NCBI GenBank assembly: GCA_947259535.1
Contig: CAMYME010000032.1
Coordinates: 18,649 to 42,648, forward strand
Direction of reading: 5' to 3'
Length of the DNA stretch: 24,000 nucleotides
DNA from: an uncultured Desulfuromonadales bacterium
GTDB lineage: Bacteria > Desulfobacterota > Desulfuromonadia > Desulfuromonadales > Geopsychrobacteraceae
Within the stretch, counting starts at the first letter, position 1. Each line of letters begins with the position of its first letter. The position numbers and the translations under genes are program-made. Shown here piece after piece: positions 1 to 6,355 of this stretch. The notes under the pieces were generated by a model. The model made no database searches and had not been told where the DNA came from. It worked only from the letters and a program-made list of their open reading frames with translations.

Positions 1-294
1 CTCCTGCAGCAGGACAGCGCTCCGCAAATCTCCAACAGTCTGCTGGCCGATGGCGAGGCGGGCCTGTTCTGTTGGGACCGGAGCGCCCCGACAGTCACCG
101 ACAACCAGATTGTCCGTCAGCAGGAGGAGGGAATTTATCTTGGCCCCGAATGCCGGGCGAAGCTGACCGGCAACCTGATCGAGGCGGTCGATCGTGCCAT
201 CGTCCTGCCTCAGGATGCCGTCATTGACAGCAGTAATCGATTGCAGGCTAATCGGATCGACTTTGCATATTTCCGCCAGGAGGGGAGTCGATGA
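1..294 (+). CDS. C-terminal fragment of a parallel beta-helix (PbH1/NosD-like) repeat protein; the 5' end lies outside the window
   Basis: Frame +1 is open from base 1 to TGA at 292-294. It is absent from the ORF track because it has no start codon in the window. My translation (...TVTDNQIVRQQEEGIYLGPECRAKLTGNLIEAVDRAIVL...) has the same 'N-x-I ... G-I-x-L' periodicity as the next ORF. Its stop overlaps the next start (ATGA at 291-294). Confidence 0.5.
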   Translation, partial: LLQQDSAPQISNSLLADGEAGLFCWDRSAPTVTDNQIVRQQEEGIYLGPECRAKLTGNLIEAVDRAIVLPQDAVIDSSNRLQANRIDFAYFRQEGSR

Positions 295-1355
295 GACGTC
301 TGTTGCTGCTTGTGCTGCTGCTGTTGCCGGCGCCGACGTTTGCATTGCTTCACTACCAAGGGGAGACTTCGCTCTACGAAGATACCGTCTGGGAAGGGGA
401 GGTGCTGATTGACGGAATTCTGACGGTGGCGATGGGGACAACGCTTGAAATCCGCCCCGGAACGGTGGTCCGCTTTACCCGTTTCGACAGTAATTCTGAC
501 CAGATCGGCGAGCATGAGATCTTTATCCAGGGGCGCCTGCTGGCCCTTGGCAGCGCCGAGCAGCCGATCCTCTTCACCTCGGCGGAGACAAGCCCCCGGC
601 CGGGCGACTGGGGGGCGCTGAACATGATGATGAGCGAAGAGGACGGGAACCTGCTCGAACACTGCATCATCGAATACGGCTATCGCGGGTTCCATGCCCA
701 CTTTTCCAAGGGCGAGCTTCGCCACAGCCGGTTCCGCTTCAACCAGCGTGGCGCCCAATTTCAGGAATCTGAGGTTCGCATCGAAGACTGTGATTTCGTC
801 AACAACTTCAATGGTTTGCAGTTCAGAGACGCTACTGTCGCGCTGCTTAATTCCCGAATTCACGACAACCATTGGGGGGTGCGGGCGGTATTCGTCAATT
901 TGCGGATTGAAGGCTGTGAGATCACCGGCAACCGCGTTAACGGCATCAGCCTGCGCGACTCCGATTTCGTTATCGGCAACAACCTGCTGCGCGACAACCG
1001 CCGCGGACTCTATCTGCAGCGCAGCCGCGGGCGGGTGACAGAAAACCGGATTGTCGGGAACCGGGAACATGGCATCTATCTTGAAGATAGTATTGCCGAT
1101 CTGCAGGAAAACCTGCTGGCCGACAACGGACGATCCGGCCTGAAGGTACTAGATTCCGGTGGTGAAGTGATCGGCAATCGGTTTGACGGCAACCACCAGT
1201 TCACGCTGGTCAACGCGGGCGCGGATGATTTCTCCATCGGCGTCAATCAGCTCCCCCTGGTCGGCGCGGAGCTCCTTGACCAACAGGTCCGCCCCGAGCT
1301 CGGTCGGATCGTAGCGCCTGAACCGCTGAAGCGGGCAGCAACCACTGGCCATTAA
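291..1355 (+). CDS. Secreted right-handed parallel beta-helix repeat protein (NosD/CASH/PbH1-like)
   Basis: The 354-aa ORF has an AGGAGGGG Shine-Dalgarno just upstream. The N-terminus is a signal peptide (MRRLLLLVLLLLPAPTFA). It contains many ~22-aa repeats of the type 'I.GN...N...GI.L..S...I..N', for example ITGNRVNGISLRDSDFVIGNNLLRDNRRGLYLQRSRGRVTENRIVGNREHGIYLEDS. Confidence 0.75.
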   Translation: MRRLLLLVLLLLPAPTFALLHYQGETSLYEDTVWEGEVLIDGILTVAMGTTLEIRPGTVVRFTRFDSNSDQIGEHEIFIQGRLLALGSAEQPILFTSAETSPRPGDWGALNMMMSEEDGNLLEHCIIEYGYRGFHAHFSKGELRHSRFRFNQRGAQFQESEVRIEDCDFVNNFNGLQFRDATVALLNSRIHDNHWGVRAVFVNLRIEGCEITGNRVNGISLRDSDFVIGNNLLRDNRRGLYLQRSRGRVTENRIVGNREHGIYLEDSIADLQENLLADNGRSGLKVLDSGGEVIGNRFDGNHQFTLVNAGADDFSIGVNQLPLVGAELLDQQVRPELGRIVAPEPLKRAATTGH

Positions 1356-1377
1356 TTTTCGTATCGAGACAACGAGG

Positions 1378-2283
1378 TTGATTTTGTTTAGACGCAGACT
1401 CCTGATTCTTGCCCTGCTGCTGCCCCTGTTGCTATCCGCCTGTCAGACCCCGGCCGAGCGTCCGGTGATGAAGATCGGCTATATGAACTGCAACAGTGAA
1501 GAAGAGACCCAGAAGCGGTTCAAGCCGCTGACGAAATATCTGTCCGACACGCTGAACGTCGATTTTCAGGCGATTCCGGTCGACACCCAGGATTTCCCGG
1601 AGCGTTTCGCCGCCGGGGAGTTCGAGTTCACCCACACCAATTCGCTGGTTTACGTCATCATGCGCGAGAACCAGCAGATCGAGCTGGTGGCGACCGAAAA
1701 GCGCGGTAATTACGGCACCCACACCGCCGGGGCGATTATCGCCCGCAAGGGGAGCGGGATCGAAAAGCTGGAGGATATCAAGGGTAAGCGGATGATCTTC
1801 GGCCCGCAGCTGGCGCCGAGCGGCTTTCTCGCCCAGTACGACCTGATGCTGCGCGAAGGCCTCGACCCGGAACTGGACCTGGCTTACTACGCGATTCCGT
1901 CCGGCTCGTTCAAACATGAGAAGGTGGTCTACGGGGTCTACTTCGGCCAGTACGACGTCGGCGCTTCGCCGGCTCTTGATCTGGAGCTGATGACCAAGGA
2001 AGGCAAGATCACCGCTGACGATTTCGTCATCCTCGGCCAGAGCCCGATCTTTCCTTACTGCACCTTCGGCGCGCGCAAGGATGTCGATAAGGAACTGGTA
2101 GAAAAGTTCCGTCAGACCCTGGTCGCCCTGACCCATGACGACAGCGTCGAATATCAGGGGGAGAGCCTCAAAGTGCTGGCTTCGGCCTGGATCGATGGTT
2201 TCGAGGCGCTTGAAGACAGCGACTACAACCTGCTGCGGGAGATGGCCAAGCGGGCCAACATGCCGCCTTATCAGGAGTTTTAA
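1378..2283 (+). CDS. PhnD/SsuA-type periplasmic substrate-binding lipoprotein (phosphate/phosphonate-binding-protein fold), with no transporter partner in the window
   Basis: The 301-aa ORF has a signal peptide with a lipobox (LLLSAC). The body resembles the PhnD family (KIGYM...FKPL..YL...L...F...P..., GKRMIFG...S.SG). The start may be TTG 1378 or TTG 1384, and the latter is better spaced from GAGG. No ABC permease or ATPase is adjacent. Confidence 0.65.
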   Translation: MILFRRRLLILALLLPLLLSACQTPAERPVMKIGYMNCNSEEETQKRFKPLTKYLSDTLNVDFQAIPVDTQDFPERFAAGEFEFTHTNSLVYVIMRENQQIELVATEKRGNYGTHTAGAIIARKGSGIEKLEDIKGKRMIFGPQLAPSGFLAQYDLMLREGLDPELDLAYYAIPSGSFKHEKVVYGVYFGQYDVGASPALDLELMTKEGKITADDFVILGQSPIFPYCTFGARKDVDKELVEKFRQTLVALTHDDSVEYQGESLKVLASAWIDGFEALEDSDYNLLREMAKRANMPPYQEF

Positions 2284-2286
2284 TCT

Positions 2287-2826
2287 TTGCTCAAAGACCG
2301 TTTCGACATACTTCTCGGCTGCCTGCTGCTGGTCTGTACCGCGGTGATCGGCGCGCTGCTGCTCGGCGGCGGGTCCCTGGCGTCGCAGCGTGACCTGACG
2401 GTCGACAAGGCGCTCGAGCAGGAGATGGCCTACCAGGCCAAGGTCAGCTTTCTCGAACGGCTCTATGCGCCGGTGACCGAGCTGCGCGCCGACGGACAGA
2501 ACGAAGCGGCGCTGCTCAAGCTCGACGAGCTGTCGCGACGCTACCCGGATGAAGCCCACGGTGAGCTGCTGCGCGGTGAGATTCTCCTGCAGCTGAGCGC
2601 GATCCCGGAAGCGACCAGTCATCTGGCGCGCGCCGTGCGGATGAACGGCGACTATGTCGATCAGCACAGTCCGCTTTCGCGGCGTGAGCTGATCGACCGT
2701 CTGCTGGCAGAAAATCTAACCGGACTGAAACTGCGCGCCAGCAAGAACCCTGCGGCAAGCGGACTGCAGGCGGCGCTGAAAGATCTGTATTATCTTCAAG
2801 GGCGACTGGCCGGGGGCTGTGAGTGA
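2287..2826 (+). CDS. Hypothetical N-terminally membrane-anchored helical (TPR-like) protein
   Basis: The 179-aa ORF starts 3 nt after the previous stop. It has one N-terminal TM helix (ILLGCLLLVCTAVIGALLLGG) followed by an alpha-helical, Leu/Ala/Glu-rich soluble part. I recognise no family. Coding status is supported by tight operon packing and a stop that overlaps the next start. Confidence 0.5.
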   Translation: MLKDRFDILLGCLLLVCTAVIGALLLGGGSLASQRDLTVDKALEQEMAYQAKVSFLERLYAPVTELRADGQNEAALLKLDELSRRYPDEAHGELLRGEILLQLSAIPEATSHLARAVRMNGDYVDQHSPLSRRELIDRLLAENLTGLKLRASKNPAASGLQAALKDLYYLQGRLAGGCE

Positions 2827-3899
2827 TGCGTCTGGCGCTGCGTGATCCGCATACCTGGCTGGTAATGCTGGCCGGAGGGCTGCTGGGGTTGAGCGGCGTC
2901 TGGCTGGCGGTCCTCGGCAACCCGCAGAATTCCGGCATCTGCGTCTCCTGCTTTCTGGAGAACAGCGCCGGGGCGCTTGGTCTGCACGACAACGCCCGCA
3001 TGCAGTATCTGCGGCCGGAATTGATCGGTTTCGTGCTCGGTTCCTTTTTCGCCTCGCTCGGCTTCCGGGAATTCTCCTCCCGCGGCGGCAGCGCTCCTTT
3101 GCCGCGCCTGCTGGCCGGGGTGTTCCTGATCGTCGGCTGCTCGGTCTTTATCGGTTGTCCGATCAAACTGTTTTTACGTTTGGCGGCCGGAGATCTGACC
3201 ACCCTGACCGGCCTGGCCGGGCTGGTGGCCGGCGTCTGGCTGGGGCTCAAGGGACTGGCTGGCGGGGTGCATCTCGGCAGCGCGAACAAACAGCGCGGCG
3301 GCTCCGGCCTCTGGACACCGCTGCTGTTCGTGCTGATGCTGGTGTTTCTGCTGGTTCGGCCCGGCTTTGTTCTCTTCTCTGAGCGCGGCAGCGCGGCGGA
3401 GGCGGCGCCGATGTTGATCGCGCTGGTGATCGGCCTGGTGATCGGGGCGCTGGCGCAACGGACCCGCTTCTGCATCACCGGCAGTCTGCGCGACCTGTTT
3501 ATCATGGGCACCCGCGCGCAGCTGTTCTGGGGTTTTTCGGTCTTTCTTCTGCTCGCTTTCGGCGGTTCGTATCTGACCGGTAATTTCACCCCCGGTCTTT
3601 ACGGTCAGCCGGGTGCGCACCTAGACCTGCTCTGGAGCTTTCTCGGCATGCTGCTGGTCGGGTCGGTTTCGGTACTGATCGGTGGCTGCCCGTTCCGCCA
3701 GCTGATCAAGGCCGGAGAAGGGGATGCCGACGCCGGACTGGTAGTCGTTGGCATGTTCATCGGCGCCGGGCTGGTGCAATCCTGGCAGATCGCCGGGACG
3801 GCGGCCGGGGTGTCGCTTTACGGCAAAGTGGCGGTGGTCGCCGGGTTGGCATTCTTCCTGCTGAATTTGCTGATGTTTCGTGAACGTTCCGCCAGTTGA
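2823..3899 (+). CDS. yedE: YedE-family polytopic membrane protein of the subfamily associated with selenium metabolism (putative Se/S transporter)
   Basis: The 358-aa protein is very hydrophobic, with about 9-10 TM helices. It carries paired Cys motifs as I recall for the selenium-type YedE subfamily: GICVSCF, FIGCPIK, RTRFCITGSLRD and GGCPFRQLIKAGEGD. The GTG 2823 / ATG 2826 start overlaps the upstream TGA (2824-2826). Confidence 0.75.
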   Translation: MMRLALRDPHTWLVMLAGGLLGLSGVWLAVLGNPQNSGICVSCFLENSAGALGLHDNARMQYLRPELIGFVLGSFFASLGFREFSSRGGSAPLPRLLAGVFLIVGCSVFIGCPIKLFLRLAAGDLTTLTGLAGLVAGVWLGLKGLAGGVHLGSANKQRGGSGLWTPLLFVLMLVFLLVRPGFVLFSERGSAAEAAPMLIALVIGLVIGALAQRTRFCITGSLRDLFIMGTRAQLFWGFSVFLLLAFGGSYLTGNFTPGLYGQPGAHLDLLWSFLGMLLVGSVSVLIGGCPFRQLIKAGEGDADAGLVVVGMFIGAGLVQSWQIAGTAAGVSLYGKVAVVAGLAFFLLNLLMFRERSAS

Positions 3900-4240
3900 T
3901 GGCGTTGCATCTGAAAGGGTCGGTTTTGTCGTTATTACAAAGAAATCCGGAAATTGTCTGGCGGCGTGAAAAACGGCGCGAAGAACAGGTGCTCAAAGAG
4001 CTGGAGGAGGGGGGCGAGGTCGCAGAGCGCGGCACGGTGATCCTGCTGATCTCCGGCATGATGCATCAGCTGAACCTGTTGGGCGGCATGATCTGGGATC
4101 TGTGCGACGGCAGCCGCAGCCAGGCGCAGGTGGTCGACCAGCTGCTTGAAGAGTTCGACGTCGAGCGCGCTGAACTCGAAACCGATGTCGCCGAGTTTAT
4201 CGACGACCTGCTGCAACGAGGCTGGCTGATCCATGGTTGA
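3896..4240 (+). CDS. PqqD-family protein (RiPP recognition element / peptide chaperone)
   Basis: The ORF is 113-114 aa. It shows the classic PqqD pattern: NPEIVWRRE...GTVILLISGMMHQLNLLGGMIWDLCDGSRSQAQVVDQLLEEFDVERAELETDVAEFIDDLLQRGWLI. The ATG at 3899 overlaps the yedE TGA (3897-3899). Confidence 0.85.
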   Translation: MMALHLKGSVLSLLQRNPEIVWRREKRREEQVLKELEEGGEVAERGTVILLISGMMHQLNLLGGMIWDLCDGSRSQAQVVDQLLEEFDVERAELETDVAEFIDDLLQRGWLIHG

Positions 4241-5237
4241 TATGACGACCGAACAATTTTCCGCGCCCCTGACTTTCAACTGGACGCTCTCCTATCGCTG
4301 TAACTTCAGCTGCAGCCACTGCTACAGCCGCGACGAGGTGGCCGAAGAGCTTCCGACCGAGCAGATCAAGCAGGTTGTCGATGTGCTCGCCAGGCAGCAG
4401 GTGCCGTTTATCAACTTTGGCGGCGGGGAGCCGCTGATCCGCAACGACCTGCTGGAGATCACCCGCTATGCAACAGCCGAGGGGCTGAACGTCTCGATGA
4501 ACTCCAACGGCTGGCTGCTCGATTATGCCACCGCCCAGGAGCTGAAAGAGGCCGGCTTCAAGAGTGTCGGTATCAGCATCGACAGTGCAACCGGCGCTTC
4601 GCACGACGAGTTCCGCAACATGCCGGGCTCTTTCGAAAAAGCGACCGCCGCCCTGGATGCGCTGCACGCCGCCGGCGTCAGAACCACCATGAGCTCGGTT
4701 ATCTCCAGGATTAACTTCAGGGAATTTCACGCGCTGCTCGATCTGGCCCGCGAACATCATGTGGAACAGGTTTACCTGCACAACTTCAAGTGCAGCGGCC
4801 GCGGCTTCAAAAATCGCGAAGATCTGGACCTGACTCCGCAGGAGTGGAAGGATTTCTACCTCGAGGCGCTTCAGGTCAAGAACGAGACCAAGGACCTGCT
4901 GATCTCCTTCGACGATCCGGTGATCGCCTCATTGCCCGGCTATCAGGATGACTCGCTGGTCAAGGGGAGCAGCTGCGGCAAGTTGTCCCTGCACCTGCGC
5001 CCCAATGGCGACATCACCCCTTGCGGGTTCATTCCATTGGTGGTTGGTAATATTTTGTCAGATGATTTTGAGGATCTATGGTACAATTCCCCTGTTTTAA
5101 CCGCGATGCGCAACAAGGAAGCCAAAGGGAAATGCCAGGGCTGCGGCTCCTACCAGGATTGTCTTGGTGGTTGCACCGCCCGGGCCTTTGCTACCACCGG
5201 CGACCTGAGCGAGCCTGATCCTCATTGTTGGAAATAG
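4233..5237 (+). CDS. Radical SAM / SPASM-domain peptide-modifying enzyme
   Basis: The 334-aa protein has the CxxxCxxC cluster motif (CNFSCSHCYS) and a GGGEPL SAM-binding motif. Its C-terminus has a complete SPASM signature: CGKLSLHLRPNGDITPC, then CQGCGSYQDCLGGC, then a terminal PHC. The start (ATG 4233 or 4242) overlaps or abuts the PqqD stop at 4240. Confidence 0.9.
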   Translation: MVDMTTEQFSAPLTFNWTLSYRCNFSCSHCYSRDEVAEELPTEQIKQVVDVLARQQVPFINFGGGEPLIRNDLLEITRYATAEGLNVSMNSNGWLLDYATAQELKEAGFKSVGISIDSATGASHDEFRNMPGSFEKATAALDALHAAGVRTTMSSVISRINFREFHALLDLAREHHVEQVYLHNFKCSGRGFKNREDLDLTPQEWKDFYLEALQVKNETKDLLISFDDPVIASLPGYQDDSLVKGSSCGKLSLHLRPNGDITPCGFIPLVVGNILSDDFEDLWYNSPVLTAMRNKEAKGKCQGCGSYQDCLGGCTARAFATTGDLSEPDPHCWK

Positions 5238-5272
5238 CCGTTGAAAGTCTCTTTTAACCCGCACAATCGATT

Positions 5273-5277
5273 GGAGG
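5273..5277 (+). promoter_or_regulatory. Shine-Dalgarno (GGAGG) for the 18-codon ORF
   Basis: A perfect GGAGG lies 7 nt upstream of ATG 5285. Confidence 0.6.
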
Positions 5278-5284
5278 TGTCAGC

Positions 5285-5341
5285 ATGAAGAAGTACATGA
5301 AGCCCCGGGTGGTCGGTTCCTCTAACGTTCACCCCTGCTAA
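5285..5341 (+). CDS. Unannotated 18-aa ORF, MKKYMKPRVVGSSNVHPC; candidate precursor peptide for the flanking PqqD/rSAM-SPASM enzymes
   Basis: Hand translation runs from ATG 5285 to TAA 5339-5341. A consensus SD sits at optimal spacing. The ORF lies in the only sizeable gap (5238-5398) of an otherwise gap-free operon, between two maturase paralogs. It is followed 8 nt later by a perfect hairpin. It is too short for the ORF track. Nothing else in the sequence tests whether it is coding. Confidence 0.55.
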   Translation: MKKYMKPRVVGSSNVHPC

Positions 5342-5349
5342 ACGGAACT

Positions 5350-5383
5350 GGGGGGGCAGGTAACTGCCCCCCCAATTCTTTTT
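5350..5383 (+). terminator. Intra-operon intrinsic-terminator-like hairpin (probable partial terminator or transcript-stabilising element)
   Basis: GGGGGGGCAG (5350-5359) pairs perfectly with CTGCCCCCCC (5364-5373). The loop is a GTAA (GNRA-type) tetraloop, and AATTCTTTTT follows (5374-5383). The hairpin sits 8 nt after the small-ORF stop and 15 nt before the next ATG. Confidence 0.65.
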
Positions 5384-5398
5384 CGAGCGAGTTCATTT

Positions 5399-6346
5399 AT
5401 GGCTGTTGACCTGTTGGATGCCCCGCTACGGATCAGTTGGGATCTCTGCCCTGCTGGACAATCCCCACTTTCGAATAACCAACTGCTGCAGGTCGCGAGG
5501 CAGCTGGGCGAGGCCGGTATTTTTTTCGTCACGCTGGAAGACTCCCCGTTAAGGCATCCGCAGATCGGCGAGCTGTTGCAGGAGCTGACCTCGGGCGGTT
5601 GCCAGGTCGCCCTGGTGACTGACGGCTCTGGTGCCGAGCGTGCGGTGCTTGCGCAACTGGAGAGCCAATTCGCGTTGTTTGTCGATGCCGCCAGTTGCAT
5701 TGAAAACCGACGATTGAACGCCGATCTCCTCGGCGAGGTGTTCAGCGAGATCCGCCAGCACCATGCGGAGCCAGCGCTACTCTGGATGCCGAAGCCAGGT
5801 CAGCTGGCTTTGTTGCCGGAATTATTGGTCTTCTGCGCCCGTTGGCAGGTCAGTCATTTTAAGTTGCCAAACCAGAAGATCGGTGCTAATTGTGAAAATT
5901 CCTCAATGCAGACTCTGCCCGACTGTGATGATCTCGACCGGTTGGCAGCGCTGCTCGCGTCTGCAGGCCTGCCTGAGGTTGCTGGTTTGCAGCTGGAAGT
6001 GCACGACCTGTTTATCTGGGAATTGCTGCAGCCGTTGACCGGCGGGCAGAGAAGCGAGTACGGTGGATGTCAGGCGGCCAACAGCCTGGGGCACATCAGC
6101 GGCCAGGCTGAGCTCTGGCCCTGCTCCTCCTGGCCGGAACCGCTCGGTTCCCTGCTGAACGAAGATCTCCTCGATCTCTGGCAGTCGCCGCAGCGGCTGA
6201 AGGTTCGCGAGGAGATCGCCCGACTGCCGCTCGGTTGTGACGGTTGCCGTGACTTCCAGGTCTGTTTCGGCGGCTGTCGCGGCCTTTCCCGCTTCTGCCG
6301 GGACGATGGCCTGGAGCGTGATCTGCTCTGTCGGGAGCGGCGCTGA
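5399..6346 (+). CDS. SPASM-domain protein; a degenerate radical-SAM paralog lacking the CxxxCxxC and GGE motifs
   Basis: The 315-aa N-terminus aligns by eye with the rSAM enzyme (APLRISWDL- versus APLTFNWTLSYRCNFSCSHCYS; FFVTLEDSPL versus FINFGGGEPL), but the SAM-cluster cysteines are deleted. The C-terminus retains the SPASM cysteines: GGCQAANSLGHISGQAELWPC, then CDGCRDFQVCFGGC, then later Cys residues. Confidence 0.8.
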   Translation: MAVDLLDAPLRISWDLCPAGQSPLSNNQLLQVARQLGEAGIFFVTLEDSPLRHPQIGELLQELTSGGCQVALVTDGSGAERAVLAQLESQFALFVDAASCIENRRLNADLLGEVFSEIRQHHAEPALLWMPKPGQLALLPELLVFCARWQVSHFKLPNQKIGANCENSSMQTLPDCDDLDRLAALLASAGLPEVAGLQLEVHDLFIWELLQPLTGGQRSEYGGCQAANSLGHISGQAELWPCSSWPEPLGSLLNEDLLDLWQSPQRLKVREEIARLPLGCDGCRDFQVCFGGCRGLSRFCRDDGLERDLLCRERR

Positions 6347-6355
6347 AAGAACGGT

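Noticed and set aside
1432-2667. Long antisense ORFs mirroring real genes. Examples are 1432-2667 (411 aa), 2516-3589 (357 aa), 5903-6961 (352 aa), 7808-9127 (439 aa), 11773-12930 (385 aa), 17359-18165 (268 aa), 18969-20738 (589 aa) and 20962-21966 (334 aa).
   Set aside because: Their translations are Arg/Ala/Gly/Pro/Gln-rich and low-complexity, with no recognisable motifs. Each lies exactly opposite a + strand gene with strong family signatures. This is the typical shadow-ORF artefact of high-GC DNA.
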